A stretch of 64,000 nt of DNA from Candidatus Latescibacterota bacterium. GTDB taxonomy: Bacteria; Latescibacterota; UBA2968; UBA8231. The stretch lies in contig OZ242005.1 of NCBI GenBank assembly GCA_965204725.1, forward strand, positions 5,152,001-5,216,000. Reading direction: 5' to 3'. Positions 1 through 10,686 of this stretch are shown one piece after another. Made by a program: the position numbers and the translations under genes. The notes beneath the pieces were generated by a model that saw only the letters and a program-made list of their open reading frames with translations, did not search any database and was not told the DNA's origin. How positions within the stretch are numbered: position 1 is the stretch's first letter; every line of letters starts with the position of its first letter.

Positions 1-693
1 TAAGTGCTCCAGCACTCGCGGCCCGGCGACCGTGCCTTCTTTTGTCACGTGGCCGACCAAAAACGTGGGAATGCCGCTCTCTTTGGCCAAATAGACCAGC
101 CGCGCCGCGCATTCGCGCACTTGGGTCACGCTGCCGGGTGCGCTCTCCAACTCAGGCATGTAAATGGTCTGGATCGAATCGATGACGATGACCAGCGGGC
201 TGGCCGATTGCAACTGGTCGAGAATGGCCGCGAGGCTCGTCTCGGCCATCACGTGCAGGCTTTCACACAACGCGCCCAAGCGCCCGGCGCGCAGGCGGAT
301 CTGCGCGGCCGACTCCTCGGCGGAGATGTACGCGATGCGAAGATCAGAGGCCGCTAGCTGGCCGGCCATTTGCAACAGGAGTGTCGATTTGCCAATGCCG
401 GGATCGCCGCCGACTAATACGACCGAACCGGGCATGATGCCGCCGCCCAAGACCCGGTCAAACTCAGAGATACCGATTGACAGCCGCTCGTGGTCTTGGT
501 CGTCAACTTGGGTGATGGGCTGTAGTTGGGAGCGCGGCGACACCGCTAGATGCTCGCGCCGGCTGTCGGCTGCTTGGGGCCGCTCTTCGACGCAGGTGTT
601 CCACTCGCCGCAGGCCACGCAGCGCCCAAACCAGCGCACGGCACTGTGCCCGCAGGACTGGCAGACGTAAGTGGAGCGGTTCTTTTTAGCCAT
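1..693 (-). CDS. radA: DNA repair protein RadA/Sms (runs off window edge)
   Basis: Manual translation from ATG at 693: MAKKNRSTYVCQSCGHSAVRWFGRCVACGEWNT (C4 zinc finger) and Walker A VLVGGDPGIGKST; absent from the ORF track because truncated. Confidence 0.95.
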   Translation of the reverse strand, partial: MAKKNRSTYVCQSCGHSAVRWFGRCVACGEWNTCVEERPQAADSRREHLAVSPRSQLQPITQVDDQDHERLSIGISEFDRVLGGGIMPGSVVLVGGDPGIGKSTLLLQMAGQLAASDLRIAYISAEESAAQIRLRAGRLGALCESLHVMAETSLAAILDQLQSASPLVIVIDSIQTIYMPELESAPGSVTQVRECAARLVYLAKESGIPTFLVGHVTKEGTVAGPRVLEHL

Positions 694-696
694 GCC

Positions 697-1569
697 TCAA
701 CTCGCCTGAGCAGTCATCTGCGCGACGACGACTCGGGGGATTTGGTTTAAGTCTGGCCTTATCTGGACCGCGGTCAAGCGTTCTGAGCGCGTGAGTAGAT
801 CCGCTACGGCTGCGCTTTGGCCGTCCCCTACCTCTAGCAGTAGATAGCCTCCGGGGCGCATGAAGTCGGCGGCCTCCTGTGCGATGCGGCGGTGGTACGC
901 CAAGCCATCCTCGCCCCCGTCTAGCGCGAGATGAGGCTCGTAGTCGCGAACTTCCGGCGCCAGTTGCGCCAAGTCGCCGCGGCGCACATACGGCGGGTTC
1001 GCCGCGACGAGGTCAAAAGGCTCGGTGCCGCAAAGGGGGGCGAACAGGTCGCCGCAGTGCCACTCGACGCGCCCGGCTAGCCCGCAGCGCTGGCCGTTGG
1101 CCTTGGCTGCTTCTAAAGCCGTGGCCGATACGTCGGCGGCCACCACTTCGGCCGCGGCCGCCTCTTGGGCCAGCGACAGGGCGACCGCTCCTGAGCCGCA
1201 ACACAGGTCGAGAACCCGGCCGCCCTCGGGCAAAAGCTCCAAGGCCACCTCGACGAGTACTTCGGTCTCGGGGCGCGGGATCAACACCGCAGGCGTCACG
1301 GCCAACTCTAGATGGCGAAAGGCCGCCACGCCCGTGATGTACTGCACAGGTACGCGCTGCAACCGCTGACGCACGTATTCCCGATAGCGATCCACTTCGC
1401 TGGGGTGCAAAGGGCGGTCAAATTGCAGGTAGAGATCGAGGCGTTTGACGCCGAGCACCGCGGCGAGCAGCAGCTCTGCTTGTAGGCGGGCGTTTTCCAA
1501 CCCCTTGGCCGCGAAGAACCGGCTCGTGTTTTCGAGGATGTCGAGCAGCCGCCAAGCGCGCCCGCTCAT
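697..1569 (-). CDS. prmC: Release factor glutamine methyltransferase
   Basis: VLIPRPETE, LDLCCGSG and NPPY motifs; overlaps the prfA stop. Confidence 0.96.
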   Translation of the reverse strand: MSGRAWRLLDILENTSRFFAAKGLENARLQAELLLAAVLGVKRLDLYLQFDRPLHPSEVDRYREYVRQRLQRVPVQYITGVAAFRHLELAVTPAVLIPRPETEVLVEVALELLPEGGRVLDLCCGSGAVALSLAQEAAAAEVVAADVSATALEAAKANGQRCGLAGRVEWHCGDLFAPLCGTEPFDLVAANPPYVRRGDLAQLAPEVRDYEPHLALDGGEDGLAYHRRIAQEAADFMRPGGYLLLEVGDGQSAAVADLLTRSERLTAVQIRPDLNQIPRVVVAQMTAQAS

Positions 1570-2642
1570 AGGGCTGACGCCAGCGCGTCCTGCTGAGATG
1601 CGAGGGCTAATTGATCTATGAATTTTTCAAAATCGCCATCGAGGACTTCCTCTAGACGATAGAGGGACAGGCCAATGCGGTGATCGGTAACTCGGCCCTG
1701 CGGGAAGTTGTAGGTGCGAATTTTCGCGCTGCGGTCACCGGAGCCGATCTGGCCCGCGCGGGCGGCGTCGCGGGTGGCCTTTTGCTCGGCCTGCAATTTG
1801 TCGTAGAGCCGAGCGCGGAGAACCTTCAGCGCCTTGTTCTTGTTCTTTAGCTGCGACTTCTCGTCTTGGCAGGAGACGATAAGGCCCGTTGGGACATGGG
1901 TGATTTTCACGGCCGAATCCGTGGTGTTGACGCTTTGGCCGCCGGGGCCACTGGAGCGGTACACTTCGATTTTCAAATCCTCGGGGGCGATCGCCACCTC
2001 CACGTCCTCGGCTTCGGACAAGACCGCCACCGAAGCCGCCGACGTGTGAATCCGGCCCGAAGCCTCGGTTTTGGGAACCCGCTGGACGCGGTGTACCCCG
2101 CTCTCAAACTTGAGCTGGCCGAAGGCGTCCGCGCCCGAAACCAAGAACACCACCTCCTTAAAGCCGCCGGCCGGATTCTGACTTGAAGAAAGCTCCTCGG
2201 TTTTTAGGCCCTTGCGCTCGGCAAAGCGGTGGTACATGCGGTACAGGTCGCTGGCGAACAGCCCGGCTTCGTCGCCGCCCGTGCCGGCGCGGATCTCGAC
2301 GATGGCGTTGCGGCTGTCGTTGGGATCTTTGGGGATCAGCAGCAGTTTGAGTGTTTCTTCTAGCTGCGCGACTTGTCCTTGGAGTTGGTCGCATTCGGCT
2401 ACGGCCAATTCGACTAGCTCAGCGTCGCTGCCGTCGGCGATGATTTCCTTGGTCTCTGCGAGCTGTTCCAGCGCGGCGCGGTACTGGCCCGCTCTATCTA
2501 CCACTTCCTGCAAGTCGCCCATGTCCCGCGCCAGCTTCTGGTACTGAGCCGGGTTTTGGCTGGTAGCCGGGTCGGCCATAAGGGCGCTTAGTTCCTCGTA
2601 GCGCTGCTCGTATTCGCGCAATTTATCTAGCACGACCACCAC
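1566..2642 (-). CDS. prfA: Peptide chain release factor 1
   Basis: [21 protein letters not shown] (PxT), [24 protein letters not shown]. Confidence 0.97.
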   Translation of the reverse strand: MVVVLDKLREYEQRYEELSALMADPATSQNPAQYQKLARDMGDLQEVVDRAGQYRAALEQLAETKEIIADGSDAELVELAVAECDQLQGQVAQLEETLKLLLIPKDPNDSRNAIVEIRAGTGGDEAGLFASDLYRMYHRFAERKGLKTEELSSSQNPAGGFKEVVFLVSGADAFGQLKFESGVHRVQRVPKTEASGRIHTSAASVAVLSEAEDVEVAIAPEDLKIEVYRSSGPGGQSVNTTDSAVKITHVPTGLIVSCQDEKSQLKNKNKALKVLRARLYDKLQAEQKATRDAARAGQIGSGDRSAKIRTYNFPQGRVTDHRIGLSLYRLEEVLDGDFEKFIDQLALASQQDALASAL

Positions 2643-2663
2643 CTCTTTGCGCGGACTGAAGCG

Positions 2664-2921
2664 CTAGGCTTGCGTACTGGTGCCGTAGCGGCGGTTGAAC
2701 TGGTCGATGCGCCCACCGCGATCCATGATTTGCTGACGCTTGCCTGTGTAGAAGGGATGCGACGCCGAGCTGATTTCGACCCGAATCACCGGATAGGAAT
2801 TCCCGTCTTCCCACTCCATCGTCTCTTTGGACGTCATCGTCGAACGCGACAGTATCTTGAAGTCACAGCTAGTGTCGAGAAAAATGACCGTTTGGTACGG
2901 GGGATGCATGGCTTTTTGCAC
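2664..2921 (-). CDS. rpmE2: 50S ribosomal protein L31 type B (zinc-independent)
   Basis: [31 protein letters not shown]; no CxxC pairs. Confidence 0.93.
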   Translation of the reverse strand: MQKAMHPPYQTVIFLDTSCDFKILSRSTMTSKETMEWEDGNSYPVIRVEISSASHPFYTGKRQQIMDRGGRIDQFNRRYGTSTQA

Positions 2922-2963
2922 CTTTGCCCTCCTCTCTTTTTTGTTAATAAAAAACCAAGGTGG

Positions 2964-4238
2964 CTAGTCGTTCATGGCCTTGAGGAATTCCTCGTTGGAT
3001 TCCGTGCCCTGCATGCGCTCTTGGAGGAACTCCATGCCCTCAATGACTCCCATCTGGTTGAGTATGCGGCGCAGCACCCACGAGCGGTTCAATTCAAACT
3101 CCGTGAGCAGTAGCTCTTCTTTGCGGGTGCTCGTCGCCGTCACGTCAACGGCCGGATAGACGCGGCGGTTGCTCAGCCGGCGGTCTAGCTGCACCTGCAT
3201 ATTGCCCGTGCCTTTGAATTCTTCAAAGATCACTTCGTCCATGCGACTCCCGGTCTCGACCAAGGCCGTGGCGATAATCGTCAGGCTGCCGCCTTCTTCG
3301 AGGTTGCGGGCTGCGGCGAAAAAACGGCGCGGCCACTGCAAAGCCGTCGAGTCAACGCCGCCGGAGAGAATCCGGCCCGAGTGCGGCGTCACCGTATTGT
3401 AGGCCCGCGCCAAGCGCGTGATGCTGTCGAGCAGGACGACCACATCCCGCTTGTGCTCGACTAGACGCCGAGCCTTCTCGATCACCATGTCCGCCACTTG
3501 CACGTGCCGCGTAGCCGACTCGTCAAAGGTCGAACTGACGACTTCGCCCTTTACCGAACGCAGCATATCCGTGACTTCCTCGGGGCGTTCGTCAATGAGC
3601 AAGACGATGAGAATCGCTTCGGGATGGTTGGTGGTAATGGCGTTGGCGACCTTTTGCAGAAGCATGGTTTTGCCGGTGAAAGGCGGTGCTACGATTAGGC
3701 CGCGCTGCCCCTTGCCGATGGGCGAGAGCAAGTCGAGAATCCGCGTCGTCATGTCCTTGGGATTGTGTTCCAGCTTGAAGCGATCCGTGGGATGCAAGGC
3801 CGTCAGGTTCTCAAAGATCGTCTTGTTCTTGGTGACTTCTGGATCGTCGAAGTTGATGGCCTCAACTCGCAGCAGTGCAAAGTACTTCTCGTCGTTTTTC
3901 GGCGGGCGGATCTGACCGGAGATCGTGTCGCCCGTGCGCAGGCTAAAGCGCTTGATCTGCGAGTGGGAAACGTAGATGTCGTCGGGGCCGGGCAAGTAGT
4001 TATAGCTCGGCGAGCGGAGAAAGCCGAATCCTTCTTCCAACACCTCCAAAGTGCCTTGGGCAAAAATCAGCCCACTGCGCTCGGTCTGGTGCTTGAGGAT
4101 GGAGAAGATCAACTCCTGTTTGCGCAAAGAGGTGCTATCTACAACTTCCAATTTCTTGGCCAGCTCTTGGAGGGCCAAGATGTTCATGCGCTGGAGTTCG
4201 ACAATATTCATTTTCTGCGTTCTATTGACAGGCGGCAT
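2964..4238 (-). CDS. rho: Transcription termination factor Rho
   Basis: [57 protein letters not shown]; ATG 4238 chosen for its upstream SD. Confidence 0.97.
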   Translation of the reverse strand: MPPVNRTQKMNIVELQRMNILALQELAKKLEVVDSTSLRKQELIFSILKHQTERSGLIFAQGTLEVLEEGFGFLRSPSYNYLPGPDDIYVSHSQIKRFSLRTGDTISGQIRPPKNDEKYFALLRVEAINFDDPEVTKNKTIFENLTALHPTDRFKLEHNPKDMTTRILDLLSPIGKGQRGLIVAPPFTGKTMLLQKVANAITTNHPEAILIVLLIDERPEEVTDMLRSVKGEVVSSTFDESATRHVQVADMVIEKARRLVEHKRDVVVLLDSITRLARAYNTVTPHSGRILSGGVDSTALQWPRRFFAAARNLEEGGSLTIIATALVETGSRMDEVIFEEFKGTGNMQVQLDRRLSNRRVYPAVDVTATSTRKEELLLTEFELNRSWVLRRILNQMGVIEGMEFLQERMQGTESNEEFLKAMND

Positions 4239-4573
4239 CTCTTCCTTGCGACCTTTCTTGCGGTTAAAGTTGTAGGTTCTCAAAGCGGATATCTGGTTTG
4301 AGGCGGCACTAGCAGTACCATGGGCTATTGCGAGGATTGGATGTTAAAAGCGGTAGTACCGCTAAGACACTAAAACCTAGAATAGAGTATGCCGTATCTC
4401 GGCAAAATTCTTTAATCGCTCAGGAGGTCTATCGCGAAGAATATATCTAAAGCTAAAGGGAGAGTGGAATTTCAAGCGGAATAAACCGCTGAGGTATTTG
4501 CTTGGAAAAGGAGAGGTGTGAAAGAGTTTAGAGAATACAGAGAACATCCTCGTTTGTCAAGACGTGATGTTAT

Positions 4574-4610
4574 AAAAATAGGACGCTCGCTCTTTGAGTG
4601 GGCGTCCTAT
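4574..4610 (-). terminator. Intrinsic terminator for the minus-strand gene pair
   Basis: Hairpin ATAGGACGCTCGCTC-TTT-GAGTGGGCGTCCTAT with an A-run on the left (T-tract on minus strand). Confidence 0.7.
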
Positions 4611-4639
4611 CCTTTGCAACTTATGCGATTTCTCGGCCC

Positions 4640-5323
4640 TTATTCGCCGCCGACGATAGCCGTCCGGGCTACATCTTCATTGGAAGCAAAAGGCGCGACA
4701 ACGCCGGTTTCGTTGTCTCCGTCAAAGGCTCTTACATCATAGACATAGGCGGACCCGCTGACGACGTCGTTGTCGACGAATTCGGTGACGCCCGGCCCTA
4801 GCGTGGTGATCAACGTTTCGCTGCCCTGTTCCTGAGTTACGGCCTTGCCGAAATCATCGGCGAACCGAAGAAAATCATCCATATCGATTTGGCCATTGGG
4901 CACTATGTCGAAGAACAACTCAAAGTCCGCATCGGCATTAGAAGTGCCGATGCGATCGGCTAAGAGGAAGAAGTCGTCAAAGTCAACTTTGGTCCCTTCG
5001 CGCGTAAACCAGCCGAGTACTACCTCGCCGCTATCGTCCATGGGCAGAAAGAGATCCGTGCGATACACGCGATAGCCGTGTACGTCGCCCGTGGGCACCA
5101 CTTGGCTACCAAAGGTCGTAAACGAACGAGCGTCATCTGTTGATAGCGTCCAAGACAGCGACACGGATGGATCATCGCCGGATGTAGCGAGCACTTGTAG
5201 ATTGGTCACAGGTGCGGGAGGAATGTTATCGACGGAAGCTACAGGCCCGGAGGTGGTCAACTGAGCGGCCGCGGGAACAGCGCAAAAAGCGGCTAGCGCG
5301 ACGATGCGGATATACTCTTTCAT
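4640..5323 (-). CDS. Secreted Fn3-like protein with inserted dockerin/EF-hand-like repeats
   Basis: Signal peptide MKEYIRIVALAAFCAVPAAAQ; PAPVTNL..LSWTLS..GYRVYR; VDFDDFFLLAD and IDMDDFLRFADDFG. Confidence 0.7.
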   Translation of the reverse strand: MKEYIRIVALAAFCAVPAAAQLTTSGPVASVDNIPPAPVTNLQVLATSGDDPSVSLSWTLSTDDARSFTTFGSQVVPTGDVHGYRVYRTDLFLPMDDSGEVVLGWFTREGTKVDFDDFFLLADRIGTSNADADFELFFDIVPNGQIDMDDFLRFADDFGKAVTQEQGSETLITTLGPGVTEFVDNDVVSGSAYVYDVRAFDGDNETGVVAPFASNEDVARTAIVGGE

Positions 5324-5374
5324 CGAACTATACTCCTTTTGAAAGGATGGAATACATAGCATTGCGGCCAGCAC

Positions 5375-6040
5375 CTAGTACAAGCTGGTGCCGAGGTTAT
5401 CGGCCCAAAGGAAGAAGTCCTCGAGAGCAACCACGCCGTTGCCGTCGATGTCTGTGGCTGGGTCGAATTCGGCTTGGCCGAAGTTGGCTTGAAAAATCCC
5501 GTAGTCATTGAGGTCCACATCGCCATCGTAGTCAAAGTCGCCGAGGAGCAACATGTTCTTGACTTCGGCGGACGCGATGGGAGCACTCTCGTTGCCGCTG
5601 GCATCAACGACCGAGACCATGTAGAAATACCGCTTGCTTCCCCCAGCCACGCTGATCGACTCATCAACTAAGGACGTTACGCCAGCACCAACAGTACCGA
5701 CTATTGCCAAGTTGCCTTCGGCGTCATCGGCGAGACGACGCCATATATTGTAACCAGCGACATCGTTGACGTTGACAAAGGTCCCGCCCGACGTAAAGTC
5801 GCTACTTGTCGGGGTCTGGCGCAGGACATCGTCGCCGGACAAGGTCCAAGAGACGGTGATACTCCTTCCGCCTTCGTTGAACTCAGCCTGTACTCCGCCG
5901 ACAGGACTAGGGGCGAGATCGTCTGTATCGGCCGTAGCCCCAGAGACCGCCAACTGCGCGGCAGCCGGGCTCGCGCACAGAAAGACGCTGAGCCCCAACA
6001 AGGCCAAATTCGCGATAGCTCTCTTTATGCCTTTCGACAT
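5375..6040 (-). CDS. Secreted Fn3-like protein with C-terminal dockerin-like domain
   Basis: Signal peptide; VSWTLS..GYNIWR..YFYMVSVVD; GDFDYDGDVDLNDY and DIDGNGVVALEDFFLWAD. Confidence 0.7.
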   Translation of the reverse strand: MSKGIKRAIANLALLGLSVFLCASPAAAQLAVSGATADTDDLAPSPVGGVQAEFNEGGRSITVSWTLSGDDVLRQTPTSSDFTSGGTFVNVNDVAGYNIWRRLADDAEGNLAIVGTVGAGVTSLVDESISVAGGSKRYFYMVSVVDASGNESAPIASAEVKNMLLLGDFDYDGDVDLNDYGIFQANFGQAEFDPATDIDGNGVVALEDFFLWADNLGTSLY

Positions 6041-6272
6041 ATCTGATATCCTCCTCAATGCTCAATGGGTCAAAATTCGGATTTGGCCCCAGCAAAGCAA
6101 GGCCATGAATAAGCGTTTAATATCAATCAATACCAAAATACCAATAGTTTGCTGTAAACTCAAGGAATTAACGCAAATTAGCGTCGCTAATTGACTTTCT
6201 TGACCCGGTTAATGGACCGCCATATTTTGCTCAATGGCCCCGTTAATATAGAGAAAAAGCCCCCTGCTAGCA

Positions 6273-8072
6273 ATGCCACGCAACTACGAAGATGAAGCCG
6301 TGCGCGAGCGCATCCGCGACGCCACCGACATCGTCGATTTGGTCTCCGAACATGTCCAGCTCGTCAAGAAGGGCCGCAACTTTTCCGGCCTCTGCCCCTT
6401 TCACGATGAAAAGACCCCCTCTTTCAGCGTCAACCCCGACCGCCAGTTCTACCACTGCTTCGGCTGTGGCACCGGCGGCGATGTCTTCAAGTTCATCCAA
6501 GAGATCGATCGCGTCACTTTTGTCGAAGCCCTCAAATTCCTCGCCGAGCGGGCCGGCATCGCCCTACCCGAGCGTTCGGGGCCATCGCGTGAGGAGGTTG
6601 CGGCCGAAGACGAACTCTACCGCGCCAATGACCTAGCGCAAAAGTACTTTCACCATCTATTGCTCAACGACGAGGTTGGCGCTGGTGCCCGCACGTATCT
6701 ACAGGCGCGCGGCCTTGCTGGCGAAACCATCGCGCGCTTCGGCTTGGGCTACGCGCCGCCGGGGTGGGACGCCTTGCTCAAGGTAGCCGGTCGCCGAGGC
6801 TTGAGTCCCCAGATCTTGGAGCGAGCCGGGTTGGCTGTGCCGCGCCCCAAAGGCGGCGGCCACTACGACCGCTTTCGGGACCGGGTCACTTTTCCCATTG
6901 CCAATCTCTCCAATCGGACCGTAGCCTTCGGCGCACGCGCGCTCCAGCCCGACCAAGAGCCTAAGTACCTGAACTCGTCCGAAACGCCCATCTACCACAA
7001 GGGCCGGGTGCTCTATGGGCTGTCCATCGCCCGCGACGCCATCCGCCGCCAAGATGCCGTACTAGTCGTCGAAGGCTACACGGACCTAATCAGCCTAGCG
7101 CAGGCCGGCATCCAGCACGTGGTCGCAACGGCCGGCACGGCCCTGACGGAGGACCACTGCCGCTTGTTGGCTCGCTTTGCTCACCAATTAGTACTGCTGT
7201 TCGATGGCGACGCGGCCGGCTCCACGGCCGCCATGCGCGCCCTCGAAGTCCTCCTCGGCACGAGCCTAGACGTCCGCGTCGTCTCCCTGCCTTCCGAGCA
7301 CGACCCCGATTCCTTCATCCAAGAGCACGGTCCCGAAGCACTGCTCAACCAAGCCGAAAACGCCCAGTCGGTCCTCGATTTTTACCTCGGGCGCCTCGCC
7401 CAGCAGCACGACCTCTCCAGCATGGAGGGCAAGAGCCGCGCTGTCGAAACGTTCAAACCGCTCGTAGCCAAGCTGAACAAACCCCAAGATGCTGTCCGCC
7501 GCGACTTGCTGCTGCGGGAAGTCTCCCAGCGTCTAGTGGTTGACGAACAGGCCCTGCGCGACGGGGTGCGAGCCTCCATGCGCCGTCCCCAACGGCCGCG
7601 CCAAGCCGCTGCCGATCCGCCGCCAACGGCCGCGCCCGACCCGCCGCGCCACGAGCTCGAATTCATCGGCTTGTTGATCAACTTTCCGCAGTTTATACCC
7701 GAAACGGTCCGGGAATTTGCCGCTGACTCGCTAAGCGACGCACGCACGCAGGCGCTGTGTCGCGCACTCTTCGACCGTCATTCCCACGGCCAAGTCATCG
7801 ACCTTAGCGCGATCATCAGTGCGCTAGCGGACGACGCACTAGCACGGCTAGCCGCCCAATGCGCAGCCCAAGGTTTCGACGAGGAACAAGTCGATCGGCA
7901 ATGGCGCGACTACTTGCGGTACTTTCAGAAAAATGCGCTGCAAAAGCGCATCGCCAATGCGCGTCAAGCCCTCGCAAGGGCATCCGACGACGACGAGATT
8001 GCGCGCATCAGTGCCGAGCTCGTCGCGCTCAACCAAGAGCGCCAAGCCATCGCGGCCCAACAAAGCTCTTGA
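6273..8072 (+). CDS. dnaG: DNA primase
   Basis: CPFHDEKTPSF...CFGC zinc finger, KYLNSSET, VVEGYTD, LLFDGDAAG (TOPRIM). Confidence 0.97.
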   Translation: MPRNYEDEAVRERIRDATDIVDLVSEHVQLVKKGRNFSGLCPFHDEKTPSFSVNPDRQFYHCFGCGTGGDVFKFIQEIDRVTFVEALKFLAERAGIALPERSGPSREEVAAEDELYRANDLAQKYFHHLLLNDEVGAGARTYLQARGLAGETIARFGLGYAPPGWDALLKVAGRRGLSPQILERAGLAVPRPKGGGHYDRFRDRVTFPIANLSNRTVAFGARALQPDQEPKYLNSSETPIYHKGRVLYGLSIARDAIRRQDAVLVVEGYTDLISLAQAGIQHVVATAGTALTEDHCRLLARFAHQLVLLFDGDAAGSTAAMRALEVLLGTSLDVRVVSLPSEHDPDSFIQEHGPEALLNQAENAQSVLDFYLGRLAQQHDLSSMEGKSRAVETFKPLVAKLNKPQDAVRRDLLLREVSQRLVVDEQALRDGVRASMRRPQRPRQAAADPPPTAAPDPPRHELEFIGLLINFPQFIPETVREFAADSLSDARTQALCRALFDRHSHGQVIDLSAIISALADDALARLAAQCAAQGFDEEQVDRQWRDYLRYFQKNALQKRIANARQALARASDDDEIARISAELVALNQERQAIAAQQSS

Positions 8073-8112
8073 CCTACGAGGGAAAAATCCTAGATTTTTA
8101 GCAGCGTTACAG

Positions 8113-8189
<77 letters not shown>

Positions 8190-8261
8190 TTACTTTCTAC
8201 TTTATGCGCGGTTACGAGGATTGGGCCACCAATTTTTGTAGCCGTTTTTTATTTTTTACTC

Positions 8262-10463
8262 ATGCAGAAGCAGAGCTTTATAGCCGTCCTTATATCGGCC
8301 ACAGCCGCTTGGGGGCAGGTAGAAACCGATGTCGATCGCGGCGATTCGCGTTTTATGACGACGGTGCTGGCGCGCCTCGCCCAGCGGGCCGATCCCATTG
8401 CCAACATCTATTTGAACCAAGCTCGCGTCGAGGGCCTTAGTTCGCTGCTGGACCAACCCATGAGCGCGGTTAAGCGGCTGAACATGCGCCTGCGGATTGC
8501 CCAAGAGCGGGTGCGGGCCGGGGATTTGCGGGCGGGCATCGCAGAGCTACAAAGCGTCCTAGCGGCCGTAGAGGCCGAGCAGGTGCCGGCGACCGAGGGC
8601 TTCGTCTATATGCTGCACGACCAGCTCGCCATTGCCTATTTGCGCCTCGGAGAGCAGGAAAACTGCCTGCACAACCACACCACGAATTCCTGCTTGCTGC
8701 CGATCCGCGGCGACGGCGTCCATCGCTTGCAGGAAGGCTCTCGCCGCGCCATTGAGCACTACACCACCAACCTGAACAAGCGCCCCAGCGATCTGGGAAC
8801 GCGCTGGCTGCTGAACTTGGCGTACATGACCTTGGGCGAATACCCGGCAGCGGTGCCCGCATCCCAGCGCATTCCCCCGCACGTATTCGATGGCGATCCG
8901 GGCGGGATCCAACGCTTCCGCGACGTGGCGCCGGCGGCTGGCGTCGCGGCCGTGGGCTTGGCCGGCGGCAGCGCGGTCGAGGACTTCGACGGCGACGGTC
9001 TCCTCGACATCGCGGTCTCTTCGTGGGGGCTGCGCGATCCCCTGCGCTATTTCCACAACGAGGGCGACGGCACCTTTACCGAGGCCACGACAGCGGCCGG
9101 GCTGGCCGGGCAAATCGGGGGGATCAACCTAGAGCAAGCCGACTACGACAACGACAGCGATGTCGATCTGCTCGTTTTGCGCGGTGCTTGGATGGGGGAA
9201 GAAGGCCGCATGCCCAACTCCCTATTGCGCAACAACGGCGACGGCACTTTTGCCGACGTGACGCGGCGCGCTGGCTTGTTTTCCTTGCACCCGACCCACG
9301 CAGCGGCCTTTGCCGACTACGACAACGACGGTTGGCTCGATCTGTTCGTCGGCAATGAGTCCGGCCGGCGGCCCCACCCATGCCAGTTGTTTCGCAACCA
9401 AGGGGACGGCCGTTTTGTCGATGTGGCCCCCGCAGTCGGCGTCGATCATGTGGGCTTTGTAAAGGGCGTTGCGTGGGGCGATATAGACAACGACGGTTTA
9501 ATTGACCTATACGTATCTCAGTTTTACCGCGAAAACATCCTCTATCGCAACCTCGGCCACACACCAGCGGGCTGGCGCTTTGCGGCGGCGGTTGTCGCGC
9601 CGGGGCCGACCGAGAGTTTTCCCACTTGGTTTTGGGACTACGACAACGACGGCTGGCTCGATTTGTTTGCTGGCGGCTACAACATGGACGACCTCGGCGA
9701 CATGGCCCGTGCGTACCTCGGCGAAGAATTTGCCGCCGACCGGGCATACGTGTACCGCAACCTCGGCGACGGCACCTTCATTGAGGTCGCCGATTCGCTG
9801 GGGTGCTTTGGGCAAGTCATCCTCGCCATGGGCGCCAACTACGGCGACTTGGACAACGACGGGTTCCCCGACTGCTACGTGGGCACTGGAATTCCCGATC
9901 TGCGCTCGCTCACGCCCAACCGCATGTTGCGCAACGACCAGGGCGTGCGGTTTCTCGACGTCACCACGGCCGGCGGCTTTGGCAACGTACAGAAAGGGCA
10001 CGGCGTGTCCTTTGCCGACCTCGACAACGATGGGGACCAAGACGTCTTCGAGGTCATGGGCGGGGCCTTTGAAGGCGACCTCTACCAAAACGTGCTCTAC
10101 GAAAATCCCGGGCACGGCAATCGCTGGCTGCGGCTGTATCCCCAAGGCGTCCAGTCAAACCGAGGGGCTGTTGGCGGTCGCGTCCGCGTCCGTGTGCGGC
10201 AACCAGACGGCCGCACCCGCGATATTCACCACCTCATCGGCTCGGGCGGCAGCTTTGGGGCCAATCCGCTCGCGCCGCAACTCGGGCTGGGGGACGCTGT
10301 GGCCGTGGAGTTCGTGGAAATCACTTGGCCGGCGACCCAGCAGGCGCAGCGCTGGTCCGCGCTGAAGCTCGACCGAGCGTACCGCCTGCGCGAGGGGGAC
10401 CCGTCGGCTATTGAAGTAACCCTGCCGAAATTCCACTTTGCCGCCGGGCACCGCGAACATTGA
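8262..10463 (+). CDS. Secreted FG-GAP repeat / ASPIC-UnbV (CRTAC1-like) protein
   Basis: Signal peptide; repeated DYDNDGWLDL-type motifs; C-terminal SNRGAVGGRV..GLG..EITWP. Confidence 0.88.
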   Translation: MQKQSFIAVLISATAAWGQVETDVDRGDSRFMTTVLARLAQRADPIANIYLNQARVEGLSSLLDQPMSAVKRLNMRLRIAQERVRAGDLRAGIAELQSVLAAVEAEQVPATEGFVYMLHDQLAIAYLRLGEQENCLHNHTTNSCLLPIRGDGVHRLQEGSRRAIEHYTTNLNKRPSDLGTRWLLNLAYMTLGEYPAAVPASQRIPPHVFDGDPGGIQRFRDVAPAAGVAAVGLAGGSAVEDFDGDGLLDIAVSSWGLRDPLRYFHNEGDGTFTEATTAAGLAGQIGGINLEQADYDNDSDVDLLVLRGAWMGEEGRMPNSLLRNNGDGTFADVTRRAGLFSLHPTHAAAFADYDNDGWLDLFVGNESGRRPHPCQLFRNQGDGRFVDVAPAVGVDHVGFVKGVAWGDIDNDGLIDLYVSQFYRENILYRNLGHTPAGWRFAAAVVAPGPTESFPTWFWDYDNDGWLDLFAGGYNMDDLGDMARAYLGEEFAADRAYVYRNLGDGTFIEVADSLGCFGQVILAMGANYGDLDNDGFPDCYVGTGIPDLRSLTPNRMLRNDQGVRFLDVTTAGGFGNVQKGHGVSFADLDNDGDQDVFEVMGGAFEGDLYQNVLYENPGHGNRWLRLYPQGVQSNRGAVGGRVRVRVRQPDGRTRDIHHLIGSGGSFGANPLAPQLGLGDAVAVEFVEITWPATQQAQRWSALKLDRAYRLREGDPSAIEVTLPKFHFAAGHREH

Positions 10464-10500
10464 CGCCGCATCCGTTGGGGGCTAATTTAGCAATGCTCTG

Positions 10501-10577
10501 GGGCGATTAGCTCAGTTGGTTAGAGCGCCGGTCTCACATACCGGAGGTCCGCAGTTCAAATCTGCGATTGCCCACCA
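10501..10577 (+). tRNA. tRNA-Val(CAC)
   Basis: GGGCGATTAGCTCAGTTGGTTAGAGCG-CCGGT-CTCACAT-ACCGG...GTTCAAATC...TTGCCCACCA. Confidence 0.93.
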
Positions 10578-10582
10578 TCGCA

Positions 10583-10626
10583 AAGGCCGTGCCAAGCGCG
10601 TTTCCGCTTGCACGGCCTTTCTCTTT
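10583..10626 (+). terminator. Intrinsic terminator after tRNA-Val
   Basis: AAAGGCCGTGCCAAGCG...CGCTTGCACGGCCTTT hairpin followed by CTCTTT. Confidence 0.7.
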
Positions 10627-10686
10627 GTGCCAATAAAGGGCATCTACCCGCAAGTAGATGCCCTTTGTTTGGTTCGGCAATCCGCG

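Noticed and set aside
4-670. Plus-strand ORFs 4..357 and 164..670
   Set aside because: Antisense shadows of radA, which reads with clear motifs on the minus strand.
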